DNA of 62,988 nucleotides, filler included, from Rhabdomonas costata (Eukaryota): the NCBI GenBank assembly GCA_019059605.1. It is 39 parts of 39 records of this genome, joined end to end, with 100 filler letters (N's around TTAATTAATTAA, not from the genome) between each part and the next. Parts side by side here need not be neighbours in the genome. Positions count along the whole stretch, not along the records: positions 12,953 to 14,471 come from JAHMHO010013987.1; positions 14,572 to 16,090 come from JAHMHO010013988.1; positions 16,191 to 17,708 come from JAHMHO010013989.1; positions 17,809 to 19,327 come from JAHMHO010013990.1; positions 19,428 to 20,945 come from JAHMHO010013991.1; positions 21,046 to 22,563 come from JAHMHO010013992.1; positions 22,664 to 24,181 come from JAHMHO010013993.1; 32 more parts are not named here. One strand, given 5' to 3'. A program made the position numbers and the translations under genes. Of this stretch, positions 13,318 to 24,175 are shown piece after piece. Numbering within the stretch: the first letter of the stretch is position 1; every line of letters starts with the position of its first letter. A model generated the notes under the pieces. The model worked only from the letters and a program-made list of their open reading frames with translations. It searched no databases and was not told the origin of the DNA.

Positions 13318-13659
13318 TAGTGTGATTGCTGCACCAGGTTATTTGGGGGTAAAGGGTATGGTGACTGCCGGGGCTTTGTTAAAAATACAGGTGGCGGCAT
13401 GGGACCCTGGGACCCGGTAGGACTGCGGTGGTGCACTCATTTTTCTCTCGGTATGTGTGCGTGTTGGTGGGGGGGTTTACCTTTTTCAAAAGAATTTCTT
13501 CTTCCTGGAAAACGGTAGTTAAAAAGCGGTGGCCATAAAACGAAACCTTCGAAATAAAGCCTTTTCTTCCACAGTCTGTGGAAGAAAACGTTGGACACAA
13601 AACGTCGGTAGGAAGAACAAAGGAAATTCACACTGCTGAGGCCGGTAGGTCGCACCAAA

Positions 13660-13671
13660 CCTCTGCTACCA
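13660..13671 (-). promoter_or_regulatory. Primer-binding site complementary to the 3' end of initiator tRNA-Met
   Basis: Minus strand reads ...CTCA-cc-TGGTAGCAGAGG, the complement of the eukaryotic tRNA-iMet end CCUCUGCUACCA, 2 nt after a CA LTR terminus. Confidence 0.8.
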
Positions 13672-13673
13672 GG

Positions 13674-14471
13674 TGAGCGGGCTCGGTATCCCGAACCTCG
13701 TACTGGGCTCAGGCCCGGTTTAATGATACCTACTTACTTTACAAAATGCTTTGCTGATTTGGTAGAAATTAAGTTGAAACTCCCTCTCTTTCCCAATCCC
13801 AAAACAAAAGCGTTTGAAGGAAACCAAAAACACACACAGGTTTCACGTTCACTTCGGAATTAGGAAAATACGGGATTAATGGAGGGGAGAAGAGTGTGTA
13901 AAAACTTGGAAATGAAAAGCAAAGGTGTATGTGAAGAATGGGAGATATTTACAGCAATTCATTGGACTAAGTTTCGGGTAAAATCCGGTAGTTTTGTGGG
14001 GGTGTTGGGAGTTTTGGTCTAGCAAAAGGGGGTTTCCAATTAGATTCCTTTAGTTTTGGTCTAATGCGGTAGTAAATTTCAAAACAAGCCGGTATGGTCA
14101 AGTGACCAAAAGGTCCGCGGGGGAAAAGCGGTACCAAAGGAAACCAAACGCAGGAAGAAAAGCAAGAAAGACAAGGGGTGTTGCGCAGGGTAAAGACAGT
14201 AGCAATGGTCAAGGGGAATGACCAGAAAGGTCATTTGGCCAAAAGGGAATTTCGCTTTTGGCCAAAAGGGAATTTCGTTAGGGGGGAAATGTGGGTGAAA
14301 GTATGTGTTGTGGGAGTACGTGTTTCCGGGCAAGGAGTGATCCTTGGCCGGGGGAGAAGATACGGTTTGACCATATTGACCGATTGACCGTTACAATTTC
14401 TCTCTGGACGAACCACGTGGATGGAGAGAATTGACTGTCATAGCTAATAATAATAAGTAACAATAAATAAA
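13674..14471 (-). mobile_element. Putative 5' LTR of the Gag-bearing element (5' boundary not defined)
   Basis: Non-coding stretch ending in CA immediately before the PBS. Confidence 0.5.
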
Positions 14472-15154
14472 NNNNNNNNNNNNNNNNNNNNNNNNNNNNN
14501 NNNNNNNNNNNNNNNTTAATTAATTAANNNNNNNNNNNNNNNNNNNNNNNNNNNNNNNNNNNNNNNNNNNNGTGGTGGGGTGAATGAAGGTGACTGGTTT
14601 CTTGCTTTTCTTCCGGGTTCCTGGGGTGCGATGAAAAAAATTCGACACTTTTGACCAGTAAATGAAGCTAAAAATTCCGCATGCCACGCACATCCGATAC
14701 TGCAAATGCATTCACTGTGCCGTTTCGTTAAGTGGCCTTTTTTCACGTACAGGTTGAGAAGCTATTTGCGCAGGCGGTTGAGTGGAAGGCGGCTAATTTT
14801 TGCCTGTCCTTTCATTTAGCGTCTGCAAGAGTCTCGTGTGTTTGTCGTGTGTTCGGCCAACTGTGGCGACATTTCTATTTTGCTAAGTCTTTGGAATACT
14901 GTGAGCCAGTGAATGAAGGCCCGTACTTCAGGCGAATCTGCATTTGTGTCTTATATATGCCTCGTTTTGCTGTTCACGAGTACCAGTTGTACGGCGTAAG
15001 GTGTATACCCCGACACACACAACAAAACCTGCAAAATTGTTCTGCGCCAGACCGGTAAACCAGTCTGTAAAAGAAGCGAGTCAGTTTTGTTGGAAAGAGG
15101 GCTGAGTGCGTGGGGTGGGGGCTTTTCAAAGGCCGAGGTGCGCTGTTCGCGCCC

Positions 15155-15962
15155 CATGACCTGTGCCGTGTCCACTGGCTGTGCGTGAAGGGGCTTCCGT
15201 TCCATAAAACTAAGGCGGAGATTCTCGCCGACTTAGCCGCCTTGCTGGCGGATCGCGGTACTGTCCAGGCGGTAGTGATGAAGAAGCACAACTGGTGTGT
15301 ATATGACTGCGTGTTCCGGTTCGACGTGCACGCAGTGTATGGACGGAATGGGACACCCTGGAAAGGAAACTGTTCCCATCAGCAGTGGTGGGTGCTGGGA
15401 AGGCGACTTGAACGTAAGTACATAGTGTGAACTTACAAGCGCCGAGCACCTGCCCTGCCATGGCTGCAGCAGGGTCGAAGAGAAGGGAGTGCGGGCCAAA
15501 TGCCTGGAACACGCGGGACTACGGGGAGGGCAGAGGGAGACATAGGAAGTGGAGTCTTCATTTGTAGAAAGCCAGGGCAGCCATCATGCCATTATTCTTT
15601 CATGCCGTTATGCTTGCACCGTTCCTGTGTGGAAAGGAGGAAGGACGACAGTCCCTGCACCTTACCCCCATGGGCAAGGTGTGCCACTGTTTCAGCATAA
15701 GGATGTCCGCCCCGAAGCTCTGCTGCCGTTTTCCAACCTTGGTGCTTCGTGAGTGAGTGACTCCTTTGTACAGGCGTTCCATTCTCCCTCTTTTGCTGTG
15801 GTGGTGGGGACACTCTCAGGCTTGCCCGGGTGAAGTTTTCCACTCCGAAGCCAATTTACACCAGGGAGTTGTGCGAGGTGCTGAGTGGGCGACAGTATGG
15901 CGACCGCTGGCTCGCTGTGGAGCCATCATTGATGGGCGGGGCGTCGGTGCATTCCCCCAGAG
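15155..15962 (+). CDS. RRM-domain RNA-binding protein, exons ~15155-15294 and 15820-~15962 (outer boundaries approximate)
   Basis: RNP2-like LCVKGLP, then AEILADLAALLADRGTVQAV; phase-2 splice TG|G gives NW-LARVKF (RNP1-like) ...LSGRQYGDRWLAVE. Confidence 0.7.
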
Positions 15963-16615
15963 GTCACTGGCTCTCCCCGATGTCTGTCTGGAGGCTGGTT
16001 TACGGGAGTTCCTTTCTTCTCCGTTGCATCCAGCTCCATGAAAAAAGTAAAATCAGTCTTTCACAGCTCCCGCATCCTCCCCCCCACACCNNNNNNNNNN
16101 NNNNNNNNNNNNNNNNNNNNNNNNNNNNNNNNNNTTAATTAATTAANNNNNNNNNNNNNNNNNNNNNNNNNNNNNNNNNNNNNNNNNNNNTGTTGGGTTG
16201 CTGATTGGCTACCACCATATCCCAGAAGTATGCAACTGAGAAAGCCCTTCTGAAGGTCAATGGTCCAGTGATGGTGTCGATTACAAGGCTAATCCCGATA
16301 CCCATCGTTATATGAAAAACAAACAGACGGGTGCTACGATCGAGAAATTCCAGCAATACTTCAAGGGGAGGATATCTCCCTCTCTACGGGTAAGGTCTGG
16401 GCGCAAGCCAAGGCTTTGCAACACTGAACTCTAAGAGAAAGGTGGATCGACTCCCCCCTACCCGGACCACTGCTCTGCACCATAGCAATTTTGCAACTGA
16501 TTGCAACAGTTGATGCACTGCAGCCGACTATCTGGACACTTCAGTTGCAACCTTCCCCCTACGATCTTCTCTACCAAAGTTACCCTCCTACTCAGGGTTC
16601 TGTTCCGAGACGCAG

Positions 16616-16740
16616 GCGTCTTGCGTCATTTGCCGAGCCTGGGAGCAGCTCTGGCGGAGGAAGCGAAGAAAAAGAGCTGCCCAGCCCCAGCGCAGGGACC
16701 TTCAGCCAGCCCCCTCCCGAAGGAGGCCGGGCCCCAGCCT
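16616..16740 (+). CDS. Isolated exon, Pro/Ala-rich, unknown protein
   Basis: CAG acceptor and GTGAGT donor around a GC-rich open stretch (VLRHLPSLGAALAEEAKKKSCPAPAQGP). Confidence 0.45.
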
Positions 16741-18559
16741 GTGAGTGCGGGCCCCCGCATAATAGTGGGTACGATACACTACTCCCCCCAAAAACGAACG
16801 CGCAAGCAACTCCAAATACAAGCAATGCGCATCCGCACTATGACATGGGGGAATCGCACCCCCACCCCCCTACCGCTACTCACCACTTTGTTCAGTTTGT
16901 TTCGTCCCCTGACGTTTTGAACAATCCTCCACCAATGCCATTTTTGTCACCGTCACATTCCTTTCCTGTTTCAGTGTTTGTATTTGCATGTATTTTTTCT
17001 TTTTTCTTTTTCGTCTTTGTTTCTATTGTGTTTAATTTTCCCCTGCAGATCTCTCTCGCGCTCCTTCTTGTAAATTGTTTGTTTTTGGTGTTGCACCCCG
17101 GACTCTTCACGAACTCCTGTGCCTGTGCTGCAGTGCCGTGATGTTTCTCAGACACGGGGGAAGAAATTTGAAAATGAAGCTTCTCTTTTATGCCCCTGAG
17201 AGCAGATATCACTTCCGGTCCACCGAGAATAGATTAAATAATGTCTGGGTTGCTGCACCGAGCTGACCAGTCTGCTGCACCGAGCTGACCAGTCCGCCCG
17301 GATCTCAAGAGAAGAAGGAGAAGGAAACGAGCAGGCTTGCGGTACTGAGGGGGTGGGTGCAACCCCTGAACCTGAAGCAGCTGCTCCCGGCGAACCTTCA
17401 CCATGGCCTGAAAGGCGCTCATCCACAGGTGAAAGCCTTCCACCATAGACCTAAAAATTCCCCCCCTCCAATGTCTAGCTCCATAAAAACAAAAACACAA
17501 AAGCAAAGCAGGAGCGAATACTTGGAGTGCATGGATTATATGATTGTTGACACCACCAGCTCTCCGCCACGGCAGACAACTCGAGAAATGCATTCCATCT
17601 ATTACGGTGTCCTCGTTTGGCAGGGCAAACGACAAATAGCAATATCAATAACACGATGACACAGAAGCAATTCGCCTTCGCATGGACGATTCAGAGACAC
17701 CCACCACCNNNNNNNNNNNNNNNNNNNNNNNNNNNNNNNNNNNNNNNNNNNNTTAATTAATTAANNNNNNNNNNNNNNNNNNNNNNNNNNNNNNNNNNNN
17801 NNNNNNNNTGGTACCAAAACTCCCCCTTCGGTCTCCCGCCTTGCTCTTCTAACTTCTCCTCTTTCGATTCTGCAACGAGACTCTTCCGCAACTTCGTACT
17901 GCAACTTGCCTTCTCGGCTTCTCTTCTCTTCTTTCTTCTTTTTCCTTTGCGCTGAACTCGGCCTGGGGAGGCCCCCTGGCTGCTTTTTGCTCCTCCGCAG
18001 TCCCTCTGCTCTGACCCGCTGAGTTTCAGCTTGGGTGGGCACTGCTTGCCGGGGCCTCGCGGCTTGAACCCGCACTCTCTGCTTCTCCTTGTTCCGCTGC
18101 CTGCCCTGCCCTGCCATCCGGGAATGCTCCCAGGGCTCTCCGCGCACTCCTCGACTAGTCCTGCCGCTACTCATCAAACTCCTCTCCCCAACTTGCTCTT
18201 CAACAGCGTCCTGAAGCCAGGTCGTCCTCTACACCTGCGCTCTGCACTTTCTTCTTTCTCTTCGGCAATCTCCTTTCCACGCACTTTTCTCCTCTCAAAG
18301 GTCAGATCCCCACAAAAGTCTTCTCTCTTTCCTTGCAACTTTCTTGAAAGCTAAGCTCTTGAGTTTCATTTTTGTTGTCTCTTTGCAACTTCAACGATTC
18401 TGCTCTCAGATTGAGAACCATTCGTATCGGAACTTCACTGATCTCCTGAGATCTCACTGATTATTTACTCTCTCTCTCGCAACATCCGCAACAGTTCAGC
18501 TCTAAGCTGTCTTTCAGTAAATGGAACTGCTCCTGGAACCTTCTGACGGCTTCTGGGTC

Positions 18560-19327
18560 TCAGTAAGATCCCACCAAAACACTGGGTGATACCACTAATT
18601 CAAGTAAATTGGAATGCGTTCCGTGTTAGCGATCGGCTTTTAATCGCAATTTCTGCCAACAATTCAAGCTTTTGCCGCCACTTTCATGGGTGTACAACCA
18701 TCAACGTCCTTAACACTTGATTCATCGTATAATTGTCCTCTCCGATTGACCATTCGTCTGGGGGTGATACGGCGACGAACTTCTCAAGTTCACATCCAAG
18801 AAACTCATCAGATACTTCCAAAATATAGACATGAAGATTGCGTCTCTGTCGCTTACAATGATTTTCTGCAATCCGTTGTAACGCACCACCTCCCACCAAA
18901 ACAAACTTGCAATGTCAGCTGCTGTGTCGGTGTTCAGACACGGGATCAACACGACCATCTTTGTAGATCGATCCGTGACCGTCAAGATCTCGTTGATTGG
19001 CTCTTCGTTCACTCCAAACTGCCACACAGTTTTTGGCATCGTCACGAAGTCCATGAAAATTCACTCCCACTTCCTCACTGGAACGTCCAACAATTACTTT
19101 CGTATGCCCTCTTGGCAAATGATAATCTGCATTGAAACACTGAAAAATGTCACAGGTACGAACGCAAGCCTTCACTTTCCTCTCATGCTCATGAAATTAA
19201 AAGTCCTCTTCAACATGGCTGTGGTCCTATACACTCCCCAATGTCTGCGAATGGGGAATAGTGGTACTTCGAAATGACCTCTTTCTCCATCTGGTACTGC
19301 ACCACAATCTTCCATGCATCACAAACA
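18560..19327 (-). mobile_element. Ty3/Gypsy integrase, zinc-binding region and DDE core, degenerate
   Basis: H-WGVYRT...CVRTCDI; MDFVT, LTVTDRSTKMV, IVSDRD, SSPYHPQTNGQSER; frameshifts on either side of the core. Confidence 0.92.
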
Positions 19328-19997
19328 NNNNNNNNNNNNNNNNNNNNNNNNNNNNNNNNNNNNNNNNNNNNTTAATTAATTAANNNNNNNNNNNNNNNNN
19401 NNNNNNNNNNNNNNNNNNNNNNNNNNNGGGTTTGGTGCAGCAGGGCGTGCATCCAGGGGTCCTGCTCTGTGCTAACCTGCACAAAAGGAGGCGCCAAGAC
19501 TGTTTTTGGGGTTCCTTCCCGGTGCTGGGAGAGTGGTGGCCAGGTTCTTACACTTCAGAATTTCTCGAGCCGCTGTTCAAAAACACCGCGGACAAAATAT
19601 GAGGTTTGGAATGTGGGAATCGATGTTGGATTTGGCGATCATGATAATCAGTGGTCATCGCTGAAAGTCTGAATGTAGGTGTGACATTTGCCGTTAGGGG
19701 TGTGTTTGTCGCCCTCCAAAACCTTGTGAGACCTGGAACCTGTCCCAGGAACCTGTTCCACATGCTCCAGGTTGCAGTGGTTACCACCACTACTGATTAT
19801 GTTTTCGGTTTTTAGTATGACAAATTTTTTTTTTTGCGGTTTTCGAGAATTTCAGAAAAGAAGCCTCTGCATCTCTACATTCTCAGCTCCGTGTCAACGT
19901 CGGGTTGATGACGAATCAGGAAACCCAATAAATACAGAGGACAGAAAATAATGCCCCCCTCCCCCCTAACCCCGAGGAAAAATTGTACCGTTTGCAC

Positions 19998-20248
19998 CCG
20001 AGCGTGCCCTGTCCCGTCCGGGACATGAGGAAACCTCTCCACCACACTGGGACTCAGCCTCCCCATGAGCATCCCATACGGGGAGCTCCACCGCACCCCA
20101 CTGCTGAACTCCCGAGGGTGCAGCACCCCCCGCAGCCCTTCCTCGGCCACGGCCACAGGGAGCCTCTCCACGGAATATTGCCGGGCCTGCTCCGCGCCGC
20201 GCCGGTTCCCCGGGGCCAGAAGCACGTTGCGCCCAGCCAGGGCGTGTC
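19998..20248 (-). CDS. Probable exon, unknown protein
   Basis: GC3-rich open frame NVLLAPGNRRGAEQARQYSVERLPVAVAEEGLRGVLHPREF ending at a GT donor; acceptor weak. Confidence 0.4.
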
Positions 20249-21258
20249 CTCCAACATGCGGCTTAAGGGCAGTTTAACAGCCAAAAATGACAATCGTCAT
20301 GCAGGTGATACCCCGAAAGGTAAGAGAGTTGTTCGCAGTAAAAGTCGGATAGTTTTTTCACGGTGACCACAATCACTGGATTTTTAGGCATCGATTATGA
20401 TGCTTTTTTGTACAGATAAAGCAAAAGTTTGTAGTTTACGAAGTGATCTACTTTACGGTAGGTTACCTTGCACAATACCCACCACCAGCCCAATAAAAAG
20501 CTAAACCACTCGCAGAGGGTTGGCTAAAAATTGCTATCACTGATAACCGTTAGTAACCGTTAGTAACCCCCCCCCCTAGCAACGTCACAAGCACCGCGAA
20601 AACACGTTTTTGGGGCGGGGGGTGGGTGGGGGGTCGGAACTATCTTACTACACAGAACTTTTCTGTCGTATAATAACGTACGTGAACCCCTCCCCAGGTA
20701 AAACTACAAAGCCCCCAGAAATCCTCCCACTAAACAACTGCGGACCCTCCCTCCCTCCACATTCTTCTATCGAAAGCAAGTTGGGGACAAGTCCATCGCC
20801 CACTACCCCGCTGCCAAGTGTTCTGTCTGTTCCTACATACGACACGTGACACTTTTCTCCCCAACTTCGAACGAAAGTCAGTTTTCTTGGCGGGGAAGCT
20901 GCCAGGATTCCCCCATCATTGCTGCCGTCCCCGCAACACCACACCNNNNNNNNNNNNNNNNNNNNNNNNNNNNNNNNNNNNNNNNNNNNTTAATTAATTA
21001 ANNNNNNNNNNNNNNNNNNNNNNNNNNNNNNNNNNNNNNNNNNNNTTGTGGTTGGAGCTCCCGAGAACCTAGATTTGATGCGTCATGAGGTTCGGAATAA
21101 TCACCCCCCAGTAATAGTGAGTAATAGTGGGGGATTTCGAGACCAGACAGGGAGGGAAAGCCCTCCACGAAGGCAATGCCTTGTGTGCCGCTGTGAGGTG
21201 TATGTTTGTATGTGTGGGTGCGTTCGTGCGCCCAGTCGCGTTTTGTCTGCACGTACAG

Positions 21259-21930
21259 CAAGGATGACGTTCTGGTGAGGATGTTCGACCTTATCTGCTA
21301 CTACGAGGCCCAGCTGAAGGACTACCACACCAATGCCGAGATTATTGTGAAGGCCCAAACGGAGGAGGTTGAGCAAGAGGACCTCAAGAAGCTGCGCGCG
21401 GCCAAGGAAGTCGAGATGACCCTCCGCGCCCAACTGCGCGAGAAGGATGCTGAGGTTCTAATGCGCGTCACTCGCTCACGGAGAGTGCTCGGAGCAAATC
21501 TTCATATAACTTCACGTTTTTCACTAGCTGACGATATTTTGTGGCTCACCCAAATGCTGATTTTTTGGACGAATGGAAACGCTAATGGTCCTGGGTGGCT
21601 TCCTCAGGATCATCAAGGGGAGCAACCATTTGGTAAGTGCAGCCCATCACAGAAAGGCTCGCTTGGTCTTTCGGTTCGCGGTTTGCCCTTTTGTTCTGCC
21701 ACCCACAGCTGCGCTCTTCCTTGCGGGTGTGGCAGTGCCCTTATATTTGTTGCCGCACAAGGTTTTTGGGTTACTCGACATGAATGCAGGACTTGTATGT
21801 TGCTCTTTTCTGCGTCCATTCTTGCCTCATGTCCGCGGTATGCTATGGACCCTAAACATCATTTGCAGGTGGAGCGCCTGCGCAAGGCTCTCGCGGCGGT
21901 TCCCCCGCCGCCCCCACCGGACCCCAACCC
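21259..21930 (+). CDS. Coiled-coil protein, exons 21259-21454 and 21869-~21930
   Basis: KDDVLVRMFDLICYYEAQLKDYHTNAEIIVKAQTEEVEQEDLKKLRAAKEVEMTLRAQLREKDAE|VERLRKALAAVPPPP; phase-0 GT-AG intron 21455-21868. Confidence 0.7.
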
Positions 21931-22163
21931 CCCTGGTGGTGGAGGATTCGGCAGCAGCATTGTAGATGGCCGAGTTGGCGGCTCCTCATCCTCGTCCTCG
22001 TCTACGGGAAGCCCCATTCATGGTCTAGGCACCCCCACTCCCTCGGGAATCTTCTCCCTCTCCCCCGGACTTTCCCCAACGGTGGTAAATAAGAATAGAA
22101 CCTCTGCGTTGCCCTGGGAATGGCACGTAAGGCGGTGGTAACGAGTGGTGAAAAAGGCAGCAC

Positions 22164-22298
22164 CTGAGGCGGGCTTGGCTTGACTGAGGCACACTGTGGT
22201 CGGGCTGCGCTGGTCCAGCACAAGAAGAAATTGCGGATTGTCCACCCACGTGTCAAAACCCGTTACACGGCCTCCAGCTGTGTTGGCCGCCCAGCGAC
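22164..22298 (-). CDS. Calpain domain III (CBSW) exon
   Basis: GRWAANTAGGRVTGFDTWVDNPQFLLVL...TTVCLSQ matches the GxWxxxTAGG...NPQF...LxQ signature; CAG acceptor and GT donor. Confidence 0.85.
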
Positions 22299-23178
22299 CT
22301 GTTCGCACGAATGGTCAAACGCGCAATGGGGTGCACTGCAAACGCACGCAGCACTCAGCACACACACACACACACACTCACTCACTCAACGAAGGTTGGC
22401 ACACTTGGGGCCAACCTGCCAGTATGCCAGCTAAGATGAATTCCTTTTCAAGAGAGGCAAGGTCCAAAGGTCGTCGAAAGGGCCACTTCGGTGCCATGAA
22501 GTATTACTAGGCTCTACCCTCTCTCGGGACAAAGGCAAGTGCGAGCTATGAGGCCCCACAAACNNNNNNNNNNNNNNNNNNNNNNNNNNNNNNNNNNNNN
22601 NNNNNNNTTAATTAATTAANNNNNNNNNNNNNNNNNNNNNNNNNNNNNNNNNNNNNNNNNNNNGGTTTGTATTTTAGTAATTTTTTTGTTATGGTATTGA
22701 GGGTTGACTCCAGTTTATTGTCGACGGGGGCGGGGTGCAATTCCAAGGTATTACTGAATGCCGCGTATTATCCTCTATCATTCATGCCAGTTCTGCCTCA
22801 GCTCCTCTAACTGTCAGCTGACTTCACACGCGCCATGCACAAACACGAGTCGAGCCTAAGGGACTGAGACCCGGATGGCGCACCCCCCCCCCCCCCCCGA
22901 TCGAAAGTCTTGTATTTACCTCAGCTGTCATTTCGCGGGGCGGTTGGAGGCTATGCAGTCTCTCAACAATATGTCAATGTACGGCTTCTGACTTGGATGG
23001 GCTCCCCCAGTGTCTTCGTGAACTTGTGAGGCCATATGGAGGGGAGGCAGCCGTTATACGTGCAACGCTGCCAAAAACGGCATCCCCTTCCCTTCAAAAA
23101 AAACTCGGGTATATGGTATGTGCAATTGTAGGGATTTACATGATGGGATGATAGGGATGTACTCTGCCCTTCCCACAG

Positions 23179-23438
23179 GGGTGATGGAGCTGCATGGCCT
23201 TCTGGTGGCCTTCCTGTGTGGGCTAAACAACGAGGCCGTGCACAGCAGCGGCACCAGCACCGTGGAGGCCTACACCCCGTACAGCGTGCAAAGCCTTCTG
23301 GAGGAGGCCCAGCGCGCGCCCCGCGTGGTGGACGTGCTGCTCTCCTGCGAGTGGCCCGCGGGCGTCGAGGCACACTCTCCAGAGCCCAGGCCCAGGCCCA
23401 AGGCAGGAAGCGCCCTGGTGGCTCAGCTCGTGAGGCAG
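23179..23438 (+). CDS. CWF19L1: CWF19-like protein 1 (Drn1 family) exon, metallophosphoesterase-like domain
   Basis: GLLVAFLCG...VDVLLSCEWPAGV...GSALVAQLV resembles the VDILLTxxWP...GSxLV motifs of CWF19L1; CAG acceptor and GT donor. Confidence 0.8.
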
Positions 23439-23906
23439 GTTCGGAGGGAAGGGAGCGGCTTTGCTTTTCGTCATGGGTCGTAGGGTGTGGTGAGGGAAGA
23501 GGGCGCACTAGCTGTCATTCTTCCCACGTGTTATTCGAGCGTGTGGGGTGGGTCGTTGGGTGGACGGATATTTGTTCTGAGAGGTAACGGATCGATTCAA
23601 CTCGCTTTCCCAATCAACCCAGAAGTATGGACTGCGATCTTTCTCTCTCTTGTGCATGATTTTGGCAGGTGTGTTTTTTCATGTGATTTCAATCCTTCAC
23701 CGTCTCCTCTGCCGCTACCGCTCCTGGTCTGTGCAATTCCCCCCCCCCATTAGATCCCCCAATGAGAGTGATCAAGCTCTGTGGCAGTTTTGCGGCTGCA
23801 CAGGTTCCAAAGCTCTTACACACGGGAGCAAGATCGTTTGCTTCGATGTAGGTGTGACCACAGCAGGACAAATTAACGTGTTGAGCGTTTCCAGCCTGTT
23901 GCAGTA

Positions 23907-24175
23907 TGTTTCAGTATTCAGGCATTTCAGATGGTTCCCGGTAAGTTAGAGCTGCTAGAGGGAGGAGACAGGTGGAACACCACAGGAAATAATGCCCCAT
24001 CCGAAAAGTAGTCATTGTGCGGTATCTTGTGAGGGGCTAGGTGTTTTCTTTTGTGCGAAAGGTCGAGCCCCGGTACCACTTTGCGGGCACGGAAGGGGTG
24101 TTCTGGCAGCGGCAGCCCTACCTCTAGCAGCTCTAACTTACCGGGAACCATCTGAAATGCCTGAATACTGAAACA
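23907..24175. repeat. 55-bp perfect inverted repeat (23907-23961 / 24121-24175) at contig end
   Basis: Direct reverse-complement match; probably an amplification fold-back. Confidence 0.9.

Noticed and set aside
23907-24175. Long inverted repeats as MITEs or hairpin RNAs (also 40447-40564 and 56315-56516)
   Set aside because: All abut contig ends, are perfect and lack visible TSDs; one duplicates coding sequence, so template-switch artefacts are more likely.
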